64,000 bases of DNA, taken from contig CAWIPH010000002.1 of NCBI GenBank assembly GCA_963837955.1, positions 1,152,001-1,216,000 on the forward strand. Reading direction: 5' to 3'. The translations under genes were made by a program, and so were the position numbers. The notes beneath the pieces are model-generated. The model was not told the origin of the DNA and did not search any database. It saw only the letters and a program-made list of their open reading frames with translations. Numbering within the stretch: position 1 is the first letter of the stretch; the number at the start of each line of letters is the position of its first letter. Positions 59,905 through 64,000 of this stretch are shown here, in pieces. Source of the DNA: an uncultured Verrucomicrobiae bacterium (GTDB lineage: Bacteria > Verrucomicrobiota > Verrucomicrobiia > Chthoniobacterales > JAFAMB01).

Positions 59905-61728
59905 ATGAGTAAGACGAGATTTTCGATTCGAGATACGCTTCACGCTGGAATTACACCGTATCGCAACCTGTACCCTTTTCTCCGGCCGTACCTCCCGCAG
60001 TTTATTCTGGCGCTTCTCTGTGGAGGATTATTTGCCGCTGCCACGGTGTGCGTACCTGTAGTGATTAAGACTGTCAGCGCTCACGCTTTTTCTCCGTCAA
60101 GCGATCAGGTTGGGATGACGGGGAATACGAACTCCGACGATGTGAGGAACGCGATTCTGTTTTGCTCGGTGATTCCGTTTATCTTCATCGTGCGCAGCGC
60201 CTTTGATTTTCTGAATTCCTATTTGATGGCTTGGGTGAGTTTACGGGTCCTGACCGATATTCGGTCAAAACTGTATTCGCATATCCTGACGCAATCCCTC
60301 GATTTCTTTAATCGAGAACGCGCAGGAAATCTGATGTCACGTGTGGTCAACGATACGCGGCAGGCGCAGATAGCCCTGACGAACATCAGTAGCGATATTA
60401 TCAAGCAGCCGATAGTCATCGTCGGTGCGCTAGGAAGTATGCTTTGGCTGGATTGGAAGTTTTCCCTGGCGAGCCTTGTGCTCGTGCCGGTCTGCCTGGT
60501 CCCGATCCTGGCATTTGGCAAGCGAGTAAAGAAACAGGGCAAGCTTGAGGAGCAGCGGGTCGGCGCGATGATGACCATTTTGCAGGAGAGTTTTGCCGGA
60601 ATTAGAGTTATCAAAGCGTTTGCTCGGGAACCGCGCGAGTCCGGGAATTTTCGCGATATGAGCGAACAAAATTTTCGTGACGGGATCCGGGTCCGCAAAG
60701 CAATTGAGCTAGTGAGCCCATCGGTCGAGGCGGTCAGTGCCGTGGGTGTTGGGTTTGCGCTTTTTTATGTTTGGTACACCCACTTGAGTGTCGCCCAATT
60801 GATTGCGCTGCTCGGCTGTATTTTTTTCTTGTACGACCCGGTAAAGAAGCTGAGCCGGATTCATTTAGTCCTCCAGCAATGCTTCGTTTCGACGACTAAT
60901 ATCTTTGAGATCCTTCACCAAAAGCCGACCATTCAGGATCGTCCCGGATCGATCGCCATTAATTCGTCTCGTGGCGATATCCGGCTAGACAACGTCACTT
61001 TTTGCTATCGCCCCGAATTGCCGCCGGCTGTCGTTAATCTGAATCTCCATGTTCCGCCCGGAAGATATTTTGCATTGGTTGGCTCGAGCGGGGCGGGTAA
61101 GAGCACGATACTTTCGTTGCTCCTGCGATTTTATGAACCCAACGCAGGGGCGGTGCTTTTGGACGGACGCGATACGCGTACGATCACGCAGGAATCGCTG
61201 CGCAGCCAAATCGGAATAGTCACGCAGGATACCTTCCTTTTTCATGACAGCATCCTGAACAATATCCGTTACGGGCGACTCGATGCGACGGAGGAAGAAG
61301 TGATTGCCGCAGCCAAGAATGCTTTCGCCCACGATTTCATCACGCAGCAACCGAACGGTTACTACACGGTAATTGGCGATAAAGGTTGTTTGCTCTCAGG
61401 AGGTCAGCAGCAGCGAGTCTCCATCGCGCGCGCCTTGCTGAAGAACGCGCCCGTATTGCTCTTAGACGAGGCGATGTCGGCACTCGATTCGGAAGCGGAG
61501 CGTGAGATTCAAGCGGCGTTGGAACGGCTTTCCGAGGGCCGGACGGTTATCGCGATCGCGCATCGCTTGTCCACCGTATTGAAGGCGGACCAGATCGTGG
61601 TGATGGAGCAAGGTCAGGTGCGAGAGATCGGAACCCATCGCGAACTTTTGAATTCCTCGAATCTTTATCGCCGGCTGTACGACTTGCAATTCAACGTGCA
61701 GGCAGAGGAATTAGCGGGAGTGGGGTAA
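59905..61728 (+). CDS. msbA: MsbA-like ABC exporter
   Basis: TM domain plus NBD (GSSGAGKS, LSGGQQQR); located in the LPS cluster. Confidence 0.75.
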   Translation: MSKTRFSIRDTLHAGITPYRNLYPFLRPYLPQFILALLCGGLFAAATVCVPVVIKTVSAHAFSPSSDQVGMTGNTNSDDVRNAILFCSVIPFIFIVRSAFDFLNSYLMAWVSLRVLTDIRSKLYSHILTQSLDFFNRERAGNLMSRVVNDTRQAQIALTNISSDIIKQPIVIVGALGSMLWLDWKFSLASLVLVPVCLVPILAFGKRVKKQGKLEEQRVGAMMTILQESFAGIRVIKAFAREPRESGNFRDMSEQNFRDGIRVRKAIELVSPSVEAVSAVGVGFALFYVWYTHLSVAQLIALLGCIFFLYDPVKKLSRIHLVLQQCFVSTTNIFEILHQKPTIQDRPGSIAINSSRGDIRLDNVTFCYRPELPPAVVNLNLHVPPGRYFALVGSSGAGKSTILSLLLRFYEPNAGAVLLDGRDTRTITQESLRSQIGIVTQDTFLFHDSILNNIRYGRLDATEEEVIAAAKNAFAHDFITQQPNGYYTVIGDKGCLLSGGQQQRVSIARALLKNAPVLLLDEAMSALDSEAEREIQAALERLSEGRTVIAIAHRLSTVLKADQIVVMEQGQVREIGTHRELLNSSNLYRRLYDLQFNVQAEELAGVG

Positions 61729-61769
61729 GTGCGTATCGGCGTGAGTGCGTAGCGGGGTAACGGCGAGAG

Positions 61770-61838
61770 TCATGGAGTCATGGAGTCACGGAGTGATGGA
61801 GTAATGGAGTAATGGAGTAATGGAGTAATGGAGTAATG
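61770..61838. repeat. Octamer array (A/C)ATGGAGT, mirrored at 62676-62716
   Basis: ~8 units; inverted ACTCCA.. array on the other side of tnpA. Confidence 0.85.
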
Positions 61839-62066
61839 GCGCGCGGGTTGAGGGCGTACTCGGGAAGTGGCCGACGGACAGATCGAGCTTTGCTCGGCGC
61901 ATAGCCGATAGCGCCGACTTGTCCGCCGAAGCATTCGTTGCAATGACCACTGCGTGCGGAAGCTCTGCGGAGGCGGAAGGCGTGTCTCAAGATAGCCTAG
62001 AGGGTGAAGCCCTAGGAACCAGACCCCCAAAAGCGAGCACGCACTGAAGGTGCGTCTCAATTTAGC

Positions 62067-62516
62067 CTAGTCCCAGACATATCGTTCATCGAACGCCACA
62101 CGGTAGCGTTTTAGAAACAGCCGAAATTCCTCTTCGAAAGTCATTTTCCGGTGATGCTCTTCTTGCTTCTCTATATAAGACACCACAGAAGCAACGTTGG
62201 ACTGACTTACGGAGAATACGCCATATCCGCGCTGCCAACTAAAGCTGCAGAGCCCTTGTGTCTTCAACCATTTTGAGGACGACGCCTTCAAATGCTCCAG
62301 GACGCTAGAAACGGACTGCGTCTTGGCCAGTTGGCAGAGAATATGCACATGGTCCGCGACCCCGCCAACGATCAGGGCTGGGCATTGGAGATCTTTCAAC
62401 ACCGCAGCTAAATAGGCGTGCGCTCTTTGCCGTAGATCTTTGTCGACAAAGAGCGGCTCTCGATTCTTGGTCGAGAAGATCAAATGAACCAAAAGGTTTG
62501 CCAGGGATTGCGGCAC
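62067..62516 (-). CDS. tnpA: IS200/IS605-type Y1 transposase, REP-associated, no tnpB
   Basis: HLIFSTKNR, DHVH, LKASSSKW, WQRGY, YIEKQEEHH; inverted REP-C arms at 61973-62055 and 62550-62630. Confidence 0.9.
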   Translation of the reverse strand: MPQSLANLLVHLIFSTKNREPLFVDKDLRQRAHAYLAAVLKDLQCPALIVGGVADHVHILCQLAKTQSVSSVLEHLKASSSKWLKTQGLCSFSWQRGYGVFSVSQSNVASVVSYIEKQEEHHRKMTFEEEFRLFLKRYRVAFDERYVWD

Positions 62517-62714
62517 ATAATTACAACATCATATATATGTGTTGTTGTCACGCGCTTTCAGCGCTGATCGCTTGTTTTTCCGGGTTCCTAGGGCTTCGCC
62601 CTAGGCTATCTTGAAACACGCCTTCGGCGCTAGCGGCTTCCGCCGAGCAAAGCACTCCACGCCGATCACGGCCGACACTCCATCACTCCATGACTCCACG
62701 ACTCCGTCACTCCG

Positions 62715-63999
62715 TCACGCCTCCGCTCCCAGCTCCCAAACCGTCTTGCCTGCCACGATGGTGCGGACCGCTCGACCTTTGAACTCTTTACCGTCAAAGG
62801 GCGTGTTTCTCGATCGAGAGAGCGAGTTCTCTTTCCGATAAACCCATTCCAGATTGGGATCGATCAGTGTGATATCGGCGTCAGCTCCCGGGTGGAGCGC
62901 TCCTTTACGCAGGCGCAACAAATGTGCAGGATTGACGGTGTACATGGCGATCAGCTGATCAAGCGAGATCGCTTTCTCGCGGTGCAGGAGAATGGTTAGG
63001 AACACCGCAAGTTCTGTTTCCAATCCTAGGATACCGAAAGGAGCCTGATCGAATTCCACTTCTTTTTCAAAGGTGGCGTGCGGCGCGTGATCGCTCGCCA
63101 GGATGGTGATGGTTCCTTCGGCAACTCCTTCAATCAGGGCGTCGATATCCTCCTGGGCACGCAGAGGAGGGTTCATTTTGTAATTGGTGTCAAACGAGCT
63201 GATAGACTTATCGGTCAACGCAATGTGATGAGGACAAAGTTCGCCGGTGATCGCTACGCCGCGCCCACGCGCGTTGCGAAGAAGCCGGACACTGCCCGCC
63301 GAACTAAGATGCTGGCAATGAATCCGAGTGCCGCAGAGTTCCGCCAACAGGATATTGCGCATCACCATGATTTCTTCGCCGGCTCGAGGCCAGCCTGGTA
63401 ATCCCAAGATCGTACTCCAATGGCCCTCGTGCATTACGCCGTTTCCCACCAGGTGATAATCTTGACAGTGATCGAGCACGGCGAGGTCGAACATCCGGGC
63501 ATACTCGACCGCACGCCGCATCAACTCGTGGTTCTGCACACAATGGCCGTCGTCCGTGATGGCTACGATGCCGGCCTGCACCATTGATCCGATGGGAGCC
63601 ATTTCTTCGCCGGCCAGGTTTCGGGTGATCGCTCCGGTGGTAAACACGTTGATGTCGGCGGTCTCCCTCGCTCGATCCAGAATCCAGCCCACACCGCTTG
63701 GATCATCGGTTGGCGGTGCTGTATTCGGCATGCAGACGCACGGAAGTAAATCCGCCTGCTGCGGCTGCCTGACTTCCGGAAGCGATGGTTTCTTTGTGCG
63801 TCTGTCCCGGTTCCCGAAAATGCACGTGCATGTCGATCAAGCCGGGAGCGACGACTAAGCCCTTGGCCGAAATAACTGGCGCACCTTCAGGCGGTGAAGT
63901 TGCTGATATTTTTCCATTAACGACGTACAAATCGGCGACTTCATTCCGACCTGTCGCGGGATCGATTATCTTCCCGCCCTGAATGATTAGGTTACTCAT
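62715..63999 (-). CDS. pyrC: Dihydroorotase, frameshifted near 63739
   Basis: [35 protein letters not shown]. Confidence 0.92.
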
Positions 64000-64000
64000 C

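Noticed and set aside
62067..62516. IS605-type element with TnpB and omegaRNA
   Set aside because: No tnpB; the gene is enclosed by inverted REP-C arms

Overview
Bacterial chromosomal window of about 55% GC (estimated by eye). PEP-CTERM proteins, the repeat style and the gene content suggest a soil Verrucomicrobiota (Chthoniobacterales-like) genome; this is an inference. The first 12.4 kb hold five paralogous signal-peptide-bearing tail-fibre-like proteins with C-terminal peptidase S74 autocleaving chaperone domains. They are interleaved with one intact and several remnant PEP-CTERM genes, and two loci share conserved upstream operator and leader elements. A tRNA-fMet is followed by a copy of its own 3' end and two GIY-YIG remnants. 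The rest is housekeeping or accessory: HxlR/SnoaL/NmrA, a sialidase-like pair, epoxide hydrolase, fdhA, yghX, an FtsX-type ABC operon, cecR-ybhGFSR, two LamB-type porins, zwf-opcA, LPS core glycosyltransferases with msbA, and pyrC. These genes sit in an unusually rich REP landscape: at least six palindromic repeat families and three Y1/HUH (RAYT/TnpA) genes, each flanked by its own family. An IS110/IS1111-type element is inserted precisely at a CT dinucleotide inside a REP array, and its 3' non-coding end carries short matches to both halves of that REP target (candidate bridge/seekRNA). A candidate three-way-junction RNA precedes two unknown genes at 27.9 kb. Several +1 frameshifts in conserved genes suggest consensus errors.
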